From contig NC_092673.1 of NCBI RefSeq assembly GCF_964355755.1, forward strand, positions 11,194,948 to 11,258,947: 64,000 nt of DNA, given 5' to 3'. A program made the position numbers and the translations under genes. Positions 11,882-24,954 of this stretch are shown piece after piece (within the stretch, counting starts at the first letter, position 1; each line of letters opens with the position of its first letter). Below the pieces are notes generated by a model. That model was not told the DNA's origin, did not search any database, and saw only the letters and a list, made by a program, of their open reading frames with translations. This DNA is from Antedon mediterranea. Taxonomy: Eukaryota; Animalia; Echinodermata.

Positions 11882-12823
11882 TGACATAGCCTATGTAACT
11901 ACGCGAACGTGATTGGTTGAAACTGCATCACATGACTACCGCTGCGAGGATCGTAAATCATATATATCCTCGAGAACGATGATATTGACTGTGTAATTTT
12001 CGCGTAATTATCGTGTCCCCTGTCATTAAACATAAACATTCTCGAGTTCGATGATATTGACTGTGTAATTTTCGTGTGGAAACACTCGCGTTTGCCGATA
12101 AATAAACAAAAGTCATCTACTCAATCTTGAACTCGGGTGGAATTGTCACTCCATCGCAAGACAACGCTTCAACCGCTGCGCCACGGAAGTTGCTTGAAGA
12201 AATTAATCTTCTAAACTATTTAAACTATGCATACATAGCGCCCTCATTTGTTATTAGTCCACCCTAAATGTGATGAAACACAGTTTGTGATTGGTCAAGA
12301 CTCACGGTAGTAACCTAGTAACTAGTACGCGCTGAACATCCGGTGATTCGGGTCCTCGAAGAGAGAAGGCGAATTGTTTATTCGGCCTACCTGATTATAA
12401 TATTATTATTAATAGGCTTATTGATGGAAATTCTCCTGTTAATTTAAACGACCTAGGCCTAAGTAAATATTTTATTGCCAAGGAATCATTAATTAGTAAT
12501 TATCTGTATATTATTCTTCGCAAGGTAAGATGTCTAGGCAGGCTTGTTTAAATACAATACAAATACTAGGCTAGTATAGGAGGCCTAGCCTAGCTTCACC
12601 CAACCCAGCAGACTTGTTCTTGGCTATATAATATAACAGATATTGCCTTTTATATCGGTAAAATATAAGATTTGACATCCCCAAGGGAATATTAAGTTCT
12701 CGGGGAATATATATTTCCCTCAGCTGGCGCTTCGGGAAATATATATTCCCTCGAACTTAATATCATTCCCTTGGGGATGTCAAATCTTATATTTAACCTC
12801 TAAACAGTCAATATCTGTATAAT
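11882..12823 (+). mobile_element. Unclassified ~0.9 kb interspersed element, family A copy 1
   Basis: Homologous to 16798-17699 (inverted) and 52258-53683. Ends in a ~190-bp hairpin at 12635-12820. Confidence 0.85.
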
Positions 12824-13084
12824 ATTCACTCTAATGGATTATAATGTTTATAATCTCACATGCCATATGGGATACTAGCTCTGTATTGGAAATGGGTAAA
12901 ACATTTGGTTCCAATAGGCTGGCCCATACAGAAAAAAGTTGCCTGTAAACACAGGATTCTAAAATAAACCATAAGGATTTGCTTGAATGAACCCTCTAAG
13001 GACCCTTTTGGATCTCTATTTAGTGTGCTACAAAAAGGCCCTCTATTAGAAATTAATTAATAAATATGCACCCTTGATCTTTAA

Positions 13085-15711
13085 AATGGACTTGAAATGG
13101 ATTTTCGATTTTTTAGGTGATCATTTAGAATAAAATGATCACCTATTGTTATTGTATGAAATCTTTATTATTATTTTCTTTCTTTTTATTGTTTCTGTAC
13201 ACTATTTTGTGTAACAATTATCTCAATGAGCTTTCCAGCGTAATCACTCATCCGTGACGTCATTTATACGCCATTTTGTGAAATCACATTATCAATCATA
13301 TCTCCATAATTCATTATGACATATTAATGAAGTTCACTACAGGTAAACTTCAGGTCAAGGGTAAAAATATTAGCAAATAAAAAGTTGCGCGTTTCAAGGT
13401 CATGCACGTGAAATCAGGTTTTGATCAATTTAGAGCATGAATTAGGCCATTTGCGCGTTTCAAAAAATTACTGCGCAAAAATGAGTTTTTGTGCGCACGA
13501 TTCTTAAAATGCGTAAAAAATAAAATTTGATGTATAAATCACATTCTACTCACAATCCTTAGTACATTCACCAATTTTGAGTCCATTCCGACTTAAAATA
13601 ACGCTATACGGGCACGTTAAAAAGGACAAAATGCGCACACTAATTGTACAAAAGTGCTAAAAATGGTAAAAAATAAGGACTTTTTAAAATGAATATAACT
13701 CTTCAGAATGGCAGATGACCCCAAATTTTTTTAACTTATTATGGAAGCCAATAAGATGTAGATACAAATGTATATAAACATTAGACGTACAAAATGGTAT
13801 GACGTCATCAAATGGCCACTTGAATTTAAAAATTAGAAATTTTTTTCTTTTTGTGTGGGTTATCACATTCAATAGAGCGCATCTCCGTTATTTGAGCCCG
13901 ATTTTTGCACAACTTTTAGTATGTTCTTGCTCAATTAATTATTCTTCTAATGAGTTGTCAACATTTTTATTTTGATGACGTCATCACGCGTAAAAACTTG
14001 AATAACCTAGGTCGTGTAATTTCAGCTACACCATACATTTGAATATCTTATAGCTCTTCAGAATTAAAGGTGACCTTGAAGATTATAACTTATTATGAAG
14101 CTGATGAAGTGTAGATATGAATTCATATTAAAATTAAGCCTATCGGATGTTGTGATGTTATCATATGGCCAGTTGAAGTTAAAAAGTAGTTTTTAAATTT
14201 CTTTAGTCAAAGTTATACAAATTTCAAAGACCGCGCATTGCGCTTCTACGTGTCAAATTTTCTTCCAATCCTTATATTTATTTGCTCAATTCATTATCTT
14301 TCGAAATTGTCATCTTCGAGTTTATTTTGATATATCCATCATACCAAAAAATTATAAGATGATGTGTGTCCCGTAATTTCACCTTATGCTACACTGTATA
14401 TAGATATACAGTATATACTGTATATTGTATATGGCATATATACCGGTAATAGGCACAACTCAACACTATACATATAATAGGATGGAATGTAGCATCATTT
14501 TCCGATCGTATGATAACGTACGTGCATGTTTAAAACAAATTATTTTCAGTAATTAATTAATTAATGTCAATAAAATGATAAAAATGATCACCTATAATTC
14601 GTCAAAGTGACAAATTAAATTCTAGTTTCATTTTAGAATGATGTTTTTGGGGTTATTAGATGTTGCTAGAATGTATATTGTTACAAAATATAAATTGGCC
14701 CTTTTGGGGAAAGCCCCATTTGAAAATCAAAAAAATTTGCGGGTGACGTCACTTTGCGAATATATTCCTATCCCTCCAATGAACAATTTGCAGTTTTTTG
14801 GCTATAACTCTTTAAATCTATGGAGTATTTTCTAAAAAATGCTTGTGCATTTGCAGAAACGTATTTAGAATTTTTTTAGATAAAAATATTACCGTATAAA
14901 TGGTTATTCATCGAGTAAATGACGATTTAAAATCTTCAAATAAACTTTTTTTTTCTGGCAATACCAAAGTTAGCCTGGCAACGTTGTCCGGGATACAGCG
15001 CCGTGTGCAATGATGTGTATCCATATTTTCTGTTCGTGTATTTTGTATATCGTTCATAATTTATACTGCTAAAATTTCTTTAGTTTTTAGTTTAGCAGAA
15101 TTAAATTAGTAATATAAGATGATAGTTTATTTGTCATGAATCAGGCAGTTCGAAAATGAATTTTATTCATATTTTACTTTAACTTGACAATGAGTGCAGC
15201 AAGTTGTTGATATCGCTTTGGTCCTTGGATGCACATGAAACGGAGCCTCACCGCATGATGTGGATCGACTTCGCGCGCTGGATTGGGAGCCTAGGCCTAA
15301 TAAAGGTTTGGGAGGTAGGCCTTCCAAATTCGGGTTTTAGAACAAACAAAGTAAATTTTAGGGACCTATATTTCAACAACATTAGATATTGAATAAATTA
15401 TTATTAGTGTCAACGCTTCACGTATCTTTCCAGGCCGTCGATCATTCACTGACTATATGGCGGCATACACGCTTTTGATATCGTCGTGTGTATATGTGAC
15501 GTCGTGAATATAGAGGCTTTCGACGGCCGTTGAAATAGAATATTGCAATAGCGTGAGTAATTTTCGCTAATTTATTAAGGTATCTTAAAATTTCGTTTTT
15601 TCTCAAAATACTATACATTTTGTTTTTATTTGTATGGCTTTGTGTTAATTTGATACATTTAAATAACATGTGTGAATTTCTTGAAAATCGAAAGTCCATT
15701 TCAGGTCCATT
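13085..15711. mobile_element. Kolobok-like non-autonomous element (TTAA TSD)
   Basis: TIR aatggacttgaaatgggattttcgattt / aaatcgaaagtccatttcaggtccatt with TTAA on both sides. It interrupts a ~125-bp satellite unit at its TTAA. Confidence 0.7.
13113..14626 (+). mobile_element. Helentron/DINE-1-like non-autonomous rolling-circle element
   Basis: 5' hairpin taggtgatcattt...aaatgatcaccta. The same subterminal motif recurs near the 3' end, followed by a short stem-loop and ctagt. Inserted in a T-run. Confidence 0.7.
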
Positions 15712-16797
15712 TTAAAGAACATTTATGGATTTTCCCAAATGAACCCAAGAGGCGATCCTTCATCGACCATTCGGGTTCTCATGTGGGGCTACAAGTAACC
15801 CATATGGATTTGCCCGAATGAACCCTTCAAGGACCCTTTTGGGCTCTCTATTTGGTGAAATATGGAATAAAACTTAATGTGCACCCTTGATCTTTAAACA
15901 ACATTGATGGATTTGCTCAAATGAACCCAAGGGCCGATCCTTCATGGATGGACCTATAGGGTTCTCTATGTGGGGCTACAAGAGACCCTATATTGGAAAT
16001 ACTGTATGTGGGGTGAAAATAGGGGTCATAGAGATATGTCCATGGAGTAATAAATCTCACTGTGCACTCTCGATCCTTAAGGAACATTTATGGATTTGCC
16101 CAAATTTACCCAAGGGCCGGTCCTCCATGGACATTAAGCACCATAATGGAAATATAAAGGGTGGGTTCATATAGACAGTCCCATGGAATAAAGGTGTCTG
16201 TGCACTCTCGATCCTTAAGGAACCCATATAGATTTTGCCTAAAATGAAACAGCCCCTGTATCAGATCAATGCATTTCTACATAAGGCCCTGTATTAGAAA
16301 TACATTGAGTAAATGAAACTGTCGGTTCCAAGATTAAGCCATGGGAAAAGCCTGTCTGTGCACCCTCGGATTTACCAAAATGAACCAAAGGTAACTTCTG
16401 GATTCTCTATGAGCCATACATGCCATTTATTGGAGATACATCGATACCATGCATTGACCATTCTGCTTCACTATTGCTTATCAAATTTTTCTGAAAGACA
16501 TTGTACTGTATAATAGTAGTCACACAGTAATAGTATTCCCCTTCCACACCTCTTTGAATTAAAGCCACCCCGATAGACTCTTATGTACAGGATTTCAAAG
16601 GAATAATAATCACACTTGTATTTTTCAAACAGTCCATTAGATTGAATAAAAAATATCTATTATAAACAATTTGCGCTTAAAGATCTCTATGCCATGTCGT
16701 TATTTAGATGAGAAAAACAGGTAAACCATTAACATTACATAAAAAATGGGTGTTTCACTTTCAGTCACTTTTTGAAAAAATGTTGCATTATGGCAAG

Positions 16798-17699
16798 TAT
16801 TATACAGATATTGCCTGTTTAGAAGTTAAATATAAGATTTGACATCCCCGAGGGAATGATATTTTGTTCGATGGAATATATTTCCCTTCGCGCTTTGGAA
16901 AATATATTCCATCGAACAAAATATCATTCCCAAGGGGTTGTAAAATCTTATATTTTACCGATATAAAAGGCGATATCAGTTATATTACATAGCCAACAAC
17001 AAGTAGAATATCTGCTGGGTCGGGTAGCTATGCTAGGCCTCCTTTTTGTATTGTATGTAAACAAGCTGCCCAGACACCTTGCCTTGCAAAGAATAATATA
17101 CAGATAATTACTAATTAATGATTCCTTGGCAATAAAATAAAATATTCACTAGCCTAGGTCGTTTAAATAATAACAGAAGAATTTCCATCAATAGCCTACA
17201 TTAATAATAATAATAGTATTAGGTAGGCCGAATAAATAATAATTTGTCTTCTTTGAGCCGAATCACCGAATGTTTAGTGGGTCGCGCGCGTACCGGTTAC
17301 TACTGTGAGTATTAACCAATCACAAACGGTCATTCATCACATCTAGGGAGGACTAATAACAAATGAGGGCGCTATGTATGCATAGTTTAAATAGTTTAGT
17401 TGATTAATTTCTTCAAGCAAGTTCTGTGGCGCAGTGCATGAAGCGTTGTCTTGCGTTGGAGTGACAATTTCATTGCAAGTTAAAGACCCAGTAGATGACT
17501 TTTGTTTATTTATCGCCAAACGCGAGTGTTGCCACACAAGAATTTGCTGGATTTAATGACAGGGACACGATAATTACACGAAAATTACTCAGTCAATATC
17601 GTCATACTCGAGGATAAATACAATTTACGATCCTCACAGCGGTAGTCATGTGATGCAGTTTCAACCAATCACGTTCACATATTTACATAGGTTATGTAA
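16798..17699 (-). mobile_element. Family A copy 2
   Basis: Reverse-complement homology to 11882-12823. Confidence 0.85.
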
Positions 17700-18352
17700 T
17701 TTGACAATAAATTTGTAATAAAACAATTTGACACCAAAATTAGCTCCCTCCTATTAATTTATGTTATTATAATATAGAATAACCTTATTATTATTATTGA
17801 CCACACTTCCAGTGATTTTCAAACAATATCATCTGTTAAACTGAATATAAATGTATATCTTGGAACAATTTGCTCCTAGTTTAAATTCTCTTCGACCTGC
17901 CGTTAGATATAGCAAAGAGAGGTCAAAGGTCCAAATTGCTAAAAATGGGGTTTCCGGTTAATTTTACAAACAAATTTCTGTTAGAGCTAATATAAACATA
18001 TACTATACATTGTGAACAATTTGACACCAAAATTATCTCACCACATCAAGTATTTCCAGAGATATAGCATGTTTTATGAAAATAGCGGCCATTTTGTTTA
18101 TGCTAATTATGCAAATTGCTCAATGCTGACAGCCGTCCAGTAAAAAAATTCTTCATTCGGATGGTATCGAGAATCAAAATCCATAGAAAAAAAAAATATA
18201 GAAACATTGCAAGGTTATGGAAAAAATAGCCATTTGGCTGCTGGACTATTAGGTTAGAATTAGACTATTCTATTACCATTATAATTTGTCTAAAGAGGGT
18301 TTATTTCTATGATGTGATTGTAATGATAGCATAAAGGCTATGATATTGTAAG

Positions 18353-19168
18353 CAGAGCCATATATATAAAGAGTTACGACATTGGATTGAAGCCACGTGA
18401 TATGCAGATCAAATTGTGTCAAACTTGTCTGCGTTAATGCATGTAAAATATAGCAGCAACAAAATTCTTCCAACTTTTTCTTATATTTAAAAAAATGTAA
18501 TTGCACATTTTACGGTGAAATATCGACGTGCACAGCGTACAGAAGTACTTGCGGCAAAGAATATTGCTCGCGCATGCGCTAGTACATTATAAAGTTTGAT
18601 TGATTGATTTTGGAACGAAACATCCCATAACTATACGTCCTATTGATAACAATAACAATATTTTCAATTCATAATGCATGCTTTGATGACTAAATAAAAT
18701 AATAAAGTGTCGTGGATATATTTGTTAATATGCTGAAAAGGGTATGAACAATATTAAAATAATAAAGGCAAATTATTACAAATGAAATGATGAACGAGTC
18801 TCTGAAAGTTTGTGTCAAAAACACACACAGAGCCATATACTATATAAAAAGAGGGGTGAATTTGTGTGTTTTTTGTATTGGTTCATGCTTTGATGTATCC
18901 TGACTTGCATGTAGGCCCTAGCATTTATTCTTTTGTTATTATGACATAATATATATATGTTACCAAATTAATACCATTAATAAAATTAATTACTAAAATA
19001 AAAACGGAATATAAGCGTTATTTCATAGACAAAAAAATCTAAAAATAATGCATGAACTACAGGAAAACGCTATACAAAATAGACGCACACGCCCTCAGCG
19101 TGCGAATTCTTTGACACAAACATGGCTTCTAATTTTCAATGTCGTAACTCTTTATATATATGGCTCTG
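18353..19168. mobile_element. MITE with CAGAGCCATATATA TIRs and 8-bp TSD (P/hAT-like), unit 1 of a tandem dimer
   Basis: TIR cagagccatatatataaagagttacgacatt. TSD attgtaag at 18345-18352 and 19169-19176. Confidence 0.85.
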
Positions 19169-19176
19169 ATTGTAAG

Positions 19177-19765
19177 CAGAGCCATATATAGAGAGAGTTA
19201 CGACTTTGTGTTCACAGATTTTAGAAAGTCACGTGGTGTGCACGCCGGCCATGTTTGTGTCCAACTATGCCTATGTAGCGTATGGAGTCGAGTCATTTGC
19301 TTAAAAATGTATAACATTCACAAGGCTTTAAATATCGAATTTAATATCAAAACAATCAATTTTTTTAAAGGTTTTTGTTAAGATAATAACGAAATCATAA
19401 AGTTACTGCGAACATGATTTTAAACAACAAAATGTAAAAAAAATGCATTACTATTAGAGAATCGCTGTACAAACTAAACGCGCACGCGTAGAGCGTGCAT
19501 GGAGCGCACAACCAGAGCCGTTCCGAAATTGCTATTTTTGTTGTTTTAAATCATGTTCGCAGTAACTTTATAATTTTTTTATTATTTTAACAAAAACCTT
19601 TAATCAAATTGATTGTTTTGATATTAAATTCGATAATTAAAGCCTTTTGAACGTTATACATTTTCAAAACAAAAGACTCAACTCCATACGCTACATAGGA
19701 ATAGTTGGACACAAACACGGCTTCTAATCCATTCAATGCCGTAACTCTCTCTATATATGGCTCTG
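19177..19765. mobile_element. MITE with related TIRs, unit 2 (long hairpin)
   Basis: TIR cagagccatatatagagagagttacg. TSD attgtaag at 19169-19176 and 19766-19773. Internal arms ~19250-19430 and ~19535-19715 are inverted. Confidence 0.85.
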
Positions 19766-22700
19766 ATTGTAAGTATAGTTAGTGTACAGTTGAGTGAGCA
19801 ATGCCTCATGGCATCACTTGATGTAGCAGAACCAAGATGGTAAAGATGTAATAAATGAAACACTAATCAAGTCACGACTACTACCTGTGTTATTATTAAA
19901 ACAAGTAACATTACAGTGATGAGATTTTCAGTAAACAATTTTAGATTTTCTGGTGGTACATGGCCTTTCTTATCTACACATAATATACATACATACAATT
20001 ACAGTACATAAATAAATGGCAAGCTATTATAAATTACTACTAACCTATTTCATCCAGTTGATTTTACTACCGTATTATTTAGTATTAAATATTTTCATTG
20101 ATTTATTTAATAATTTTCTTGCTTCTTGTACTTTATCTAGCAATAGCATATTGCATTAGGTAATAAACAACTAGATTTGAACCATTCCATGTTTGAACTC
20201 GTCACTATACTATACTGTATATATACTACATACAGTACAGAATAGGTGAAAATAACGGGACCCGCCTTTTCATCCAATTTTTACCATGATGATGTCATCA
20301 AAATGAAACACGTAGATAGCAAATTTGGAAGGAAATTATCTGAGCAACACCATATCAACATGTTGAATAAATTTGGATACGTAGAATATGGAAGCGCACT
20401 CTTAAATGATACCCACAGCATTGTCATTTTTTTCAGTAATTTGCCTTTGGATTTATATATATTTATATATATATATATATAAAACAAAGAAGGAAAGAGC
20501 AGTCGCAAGCTCGCAGGGGAGAAAATTAAGAATTTAATAATTTTATGAAGTAGGGTATAGGGATATTAGTAAATCTGGATGTTTTAGACGGTAGCTGGGT
20601 AATTTTGTTTTTATTTTTTAAATTCCTACCATGACAGCTATGTCTGGTCGGTGGGATTAAATCAGCAGTTTGTTTAATTTTGGGGAGATACTTTGCGAAC
20701 TTGCGACAAAGTCTCTAATTTAAGAAAATCAAGCGCACCAGAGTAAGAAAAATAATCGTTGCCATACGGCAAAAATGCTGTCACAATGTCTGGTTAGCCA
20801 TATTGATTTATGATCCAATATCTACAACTCATCAACTTCCAGAATATGTAATTTTTAAAAAGTTCACCATGTAGTTTAGAATCTATGACTGTTTAAAAAC
20901 AGGCAAAATTTTTGAACTTTTTCATCAAAAACGTGCGCAAATTGTCAAATTCGACGTGCTCGTATGACGTAATTTAAAGTCGTAATTGTTTAAAAGTTGG
21001 TAAAATTACTAGAAAAGGCTGGAAAAACATACAAACAATTCTTTTGTAAATTGATTCTGCCATCACCTGTCTCAATTTGTTCACCCTGTTTATGAAAATG
21101 GCTCTACTACCACAAGGACACCACATTCTTTTTTAATTTTTTAATAGAAACAGGCCATAAGTGTACTAATGTCAAGCATATGCTGTCTGTATGGTTTATA
21201 GGTCTACAGATAGATAAGAAGTAAAAGCTAGTTTTTTTCAAATTTATAAATGTAATTATCACAAATAAACTAATATTAGGTAATTTGAAAGTAAATTAAT
21301 CTAATTTTGCATGGAGCACATTTACATTTAAAAAAAAATTAAATAAATAAAAGCCTATTAATTATTAGATTTTATATGATTACTTTACTCTTTGTACTGT
21401 TTAAATAGAAGCTATATTTCATTTCACAATAAATGCCAACCATTAAGATGCTTAATAATGTTATAGTGTACAAGCCATTTCTGGTATCATTATGCATCTT
21501 GATACAAAAAAATTTTGAACAATTAATGGTGGTCATATTGGATTTTTCATTGGTCGTTTAAAATATTTTGGAAAATAGTCCACAATTGATTTTCTCTATA
21601 TATTAAATGTTATAATACAATAAAATCACCCATAAAGGCAATATATGGAGTAAATATGGCAGCCATTTTGAAAATCTAAAACACAACTGCTTTGTTCAAG
21701 TTTTTTTTTACAGCAAACTAATAGTACAGTAGAAGATTTTTCTTCACCAATTGTAATTGTAATATATCTTACAGCTTGCCGGATTAATATGTTTTGTCAT
21801 TATGAAAAATAAATTGAAAGATGATTTGCAACTTGTGCTTATGGTGTAAATCATTATCATTATTTTTATGCAATTTGCGGTTGTGACAACTTTATGGTTT
21901 ATATTTCAAATGAGAAACATTCTGCACTTTGCAAAGAAACAAAGAGATGAATTATTTCCGTAAGAAGCAGAGATCTTCTGTTCAGTCCAAAATAAACAAG
22001 ACATTAGAAAAGCCAGTGAAGTAGACTTGCTGCGTGTATGGTAGAAAACTTTGGATATCTTGATCCCTTTGGTTTCCAAAAGTATTTTGATTGTGCCAAC
22101 TAATATATTTTATGTGTATAGGTTTGACTTTGGATGGTAGCTGTGATCCAACTCCAAATTGAGGATGCAATATAAAGATTATATAGAAGATTTAGATAGA
22201 ATATGAGAACCATCCATGAATAAATATATCAGATAAAACAAATTGAAATCACACTTTAAGATACTGTACTGTGATGGATTGATAATCCTATTATACTTAT
22301 ATTTACCCTGTTAATTAACTAGTGAACTGATATTATTTGTTGATTATTATGATTATTACATTAGGTATACTAGTTACAGAACGGAATGGGATGTTCCTGT
22401 TTTTTCTTTTCTTGTTGTAATTGTTTGTACTTTTGCCTATAGTACTTAATTTAAAAAGTAAATTTAAATCAAAGTTGACAAGATCATTGGAGATATGTTG
22501 CTAGAAAATCACTTACCGTATTTACCATTTGAGGCACGGCATAAAACCACTATCTCGTTAATTTTTTTAATTATTTTTTTTCTTTGATTCATTGTAATCA
22601 TATTCTTAATAAGAGGTCACTCATTAAAATCTGACATATATAACTAAAATGTATAGCCTTATTTATACCCTTCAGGTAAACTGACTTTGTTCTCAAACAA

Positions 22701-22982
22701 TTCTTTTTCCCTAGCAACGAACTACTTCCTGTTAATGAATTCTTTCAAAATTGTGCACATTAAATAAATACACAATAATCTATTAATTGTAAAAATTGTA
22801 TTTAATTCCAAACTTTCCTTCATTCCCAAAAAACAAACAAAAAACAAATTAGGTTTGTGATGTTTTAATACCAATGAAAAGAAGCTCATTTACTGTATTA
22901 TTATTAACTGTGTAATTATGTACAATATAATAACCACTGAGAAATGTAACTTTAATAATACCCATTCTACGATTTACTTCTT

Positions 22983-24110
22983 CTATTTGTGACACATACT
23001 TTCTAAACACCTTAATTCAGAGGTTGATAGTAGGCTAGTCCTCTCATCACTGTTTCGAACACCATTAGTCCTTTCGGGCAAAGGAATAATATGGTTGCTG
23101 CCATAGTTTTCAATGAACGTTGCCAGATTTCCTATAACCCAACATTTTACGTAGCTGTGATACACCTTCCATTTTGAAATGTTTGATGATGCCTGTGATT
23201 TGATGTACAGATATACTAAAAAAATAGTAAAACAATTTTCAATCTTCTAATCGAAGTGGTAGAGGTAAGAAGTGAAGGTATGGGGAATCACTAAAATCAA
23301 GTTCCAATGAATGGCAAGCAGCATACAAAATGTATGGAATTGATACAACCCAGGCTAGTCATTTATTTCTAGTACCATTATACTTTTTTTGGCCACAATT
23401 TATTTACATTTCATAAAGTTATCTGAATGTGCAAACAGTATTAATAGAAGCTTAAGTTCTTACCAATGAATAAACTCAAATGACTTTCAGCACACCTTCA
23501 ATTCCTCTACACAGTATGTACAGCTGGTCTGCTTTCTCTCGCTCTCTGTCTTGAGGTCAGCTTCTGTTTGCGGATTTATCCAATCAAGAAGAAATTAATA
23601 AATAATTACAATTTTAGCTGTACACGCAATTTTTATTTGTGTGTGTAACTCCCGTACCATAGAGATAGAAGCAAGTTAAAAATAATTTAGAGTTAGGCAG
23701 GCACTGCCTCATAGTTATTACTACTTTAATATAAGACTATGATGAGTATTATACATATATATAGGCCTATGACAGTACATAAAAAACATTACAATGCCTA
23801 GTTTTCTAGCCTACGGCTTTATCTAGCTAGTTCGGTACTGTACTTACAGCAACTAGCTGTCGCCGGGATATCGTAAACTGTGAGGATTCAGAAACAGGAG
23901 CAATGCGTAAAACGGCTTCACATTTTTGTGCATTATGATCTTGTTTGTTTGGGTCGTTATTCTCAATATCATGATCTTTTTGAAATCATCACCACTGGCA
24001 CTGCTGATGTCGGTGTCAGATTCATCGATACTTTCGTCAATTCTTTCACCAAAGAAGTTAGTGAAATAATCGGTTACTCTACTGTCTTCATCATTGAATC
24101 CATAATCACT
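22983..24110 (-). pseudogene. Degraded, apparently intron-containing DNA transposase remnant (possibly Sola-like)
   Basis: Fragments read as an acidic N-terminus, CTYCVEELKVC*KSFEFIH, ISVHQITGIIKHFKMEG and FIENYGSNHIIPLPERTNG..D...LL, with stops and frameshifts. Family recalled from motif resemblance only. Confidence 0.35.
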
Positions 24111-24753
24111 ACAGCAGTGTGTGCTTGCATGTGGAACTTTCGAGTTACGTAAATGTAAAGTCTGAATTGGCCAATGATGAAGCGTATATCATGGTTTGTT
24201 TACACGATAGCAACCAAAAAGCTTTACAAAATTACTTCTCATTGGCTGTACATATTTTTTTCCCAGTCAACAACTGAATATTCATAAGCTTTACACAAAG
24301 ACAAAGCCAGCGATACCAAACACATGGGACTCGCGTCAATGCTGCTAATTGATAAAGCCCTTTAAAAATGGAAGTTAGTCGTTGGTTTTGTGAGTTTGTC
24401 AGCAATTTTGTTGTGGCCTTCAAAATTTTGTATTAATTACATCTTTCAAAATCATAATTTTATAATCAATGTATTCAAACATGATTTATAAATATAAGGT
24501 ATTAATCATATATATATGGTACAATCTGAAAATAAATTTTTTTTTTTGTTCATTGTAAATCTCAAAACTGGCGTGTGCAACAAGATAGCGGTTTTGCCAA
24601 GACAGGCCTCATTTTTATTTTGGTAATGCAAATGCAGTTAGACTAAAGATTAAAATGTAGTGCTTTACCATATAACATGCATTAACTTTATCTTTTGGAA
24701 AATTAAGTCGAAAATAAAAAATTATTAGAATGTAAAGAAAAAGTTAAACATAC

Positions 24754-24816
24754 TTCAGGTTGAAATTTTCTTGCATACAACACCATGAAATATAGACAAA
24801 CCATTGTGATAAGCAT
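24754..24816 (-). CDS. PTDSS1: Phosphatidylserine synthase 1 exon (MLITMVCLYFMVLYARKFQPE)
   Basis: tctag acceptor and gtatgt donor, 63 nt, phase 0-0. Resembles human AFTTFLCLYGMIWYAEHY. Confidence 0.85.
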
Positions 24817-24954
24817 CTAGATAAAAAGAAAATAATTTTAACACACAATTTGTATACAATACACATAATAATATGCATGAAACATATGCCATGTGCAGTT
24901 GCTATATAATTTTGTTGTGATAAGTTGCGATAATAGTGTTTCCATAGCAAGTGT

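Larger units (their letters stand above)
11750..18248. mobile_element. Fragmented non-autonomous Academ-like element hosting nested insertions
   Basis: Right end ...ctggacta at 18248. Segments 12880-13080, 15715-16797 and 17700-18070 are the reverse complement of parts of the 34678-38368 element. 11750-11875 is inverted relative to 16660-16780. Left terminus not found. Confidence 0.6.

Noticed and set aside
12120-12190. tRNA gene
   Set aside because: Only A/B-box-like motifs are present. I could not form a convincing cloverleaf, and the sequence lies in a repeated element with divergent copies.
22983-23165. ERTSLL dileucine motif suggesting a lysosomal membrane protein (MFSD1-like) exon
   Set aside because: No consistent upstream transporter exons exist, and neighbouring segments contain stops and fit a decayed transposase better.
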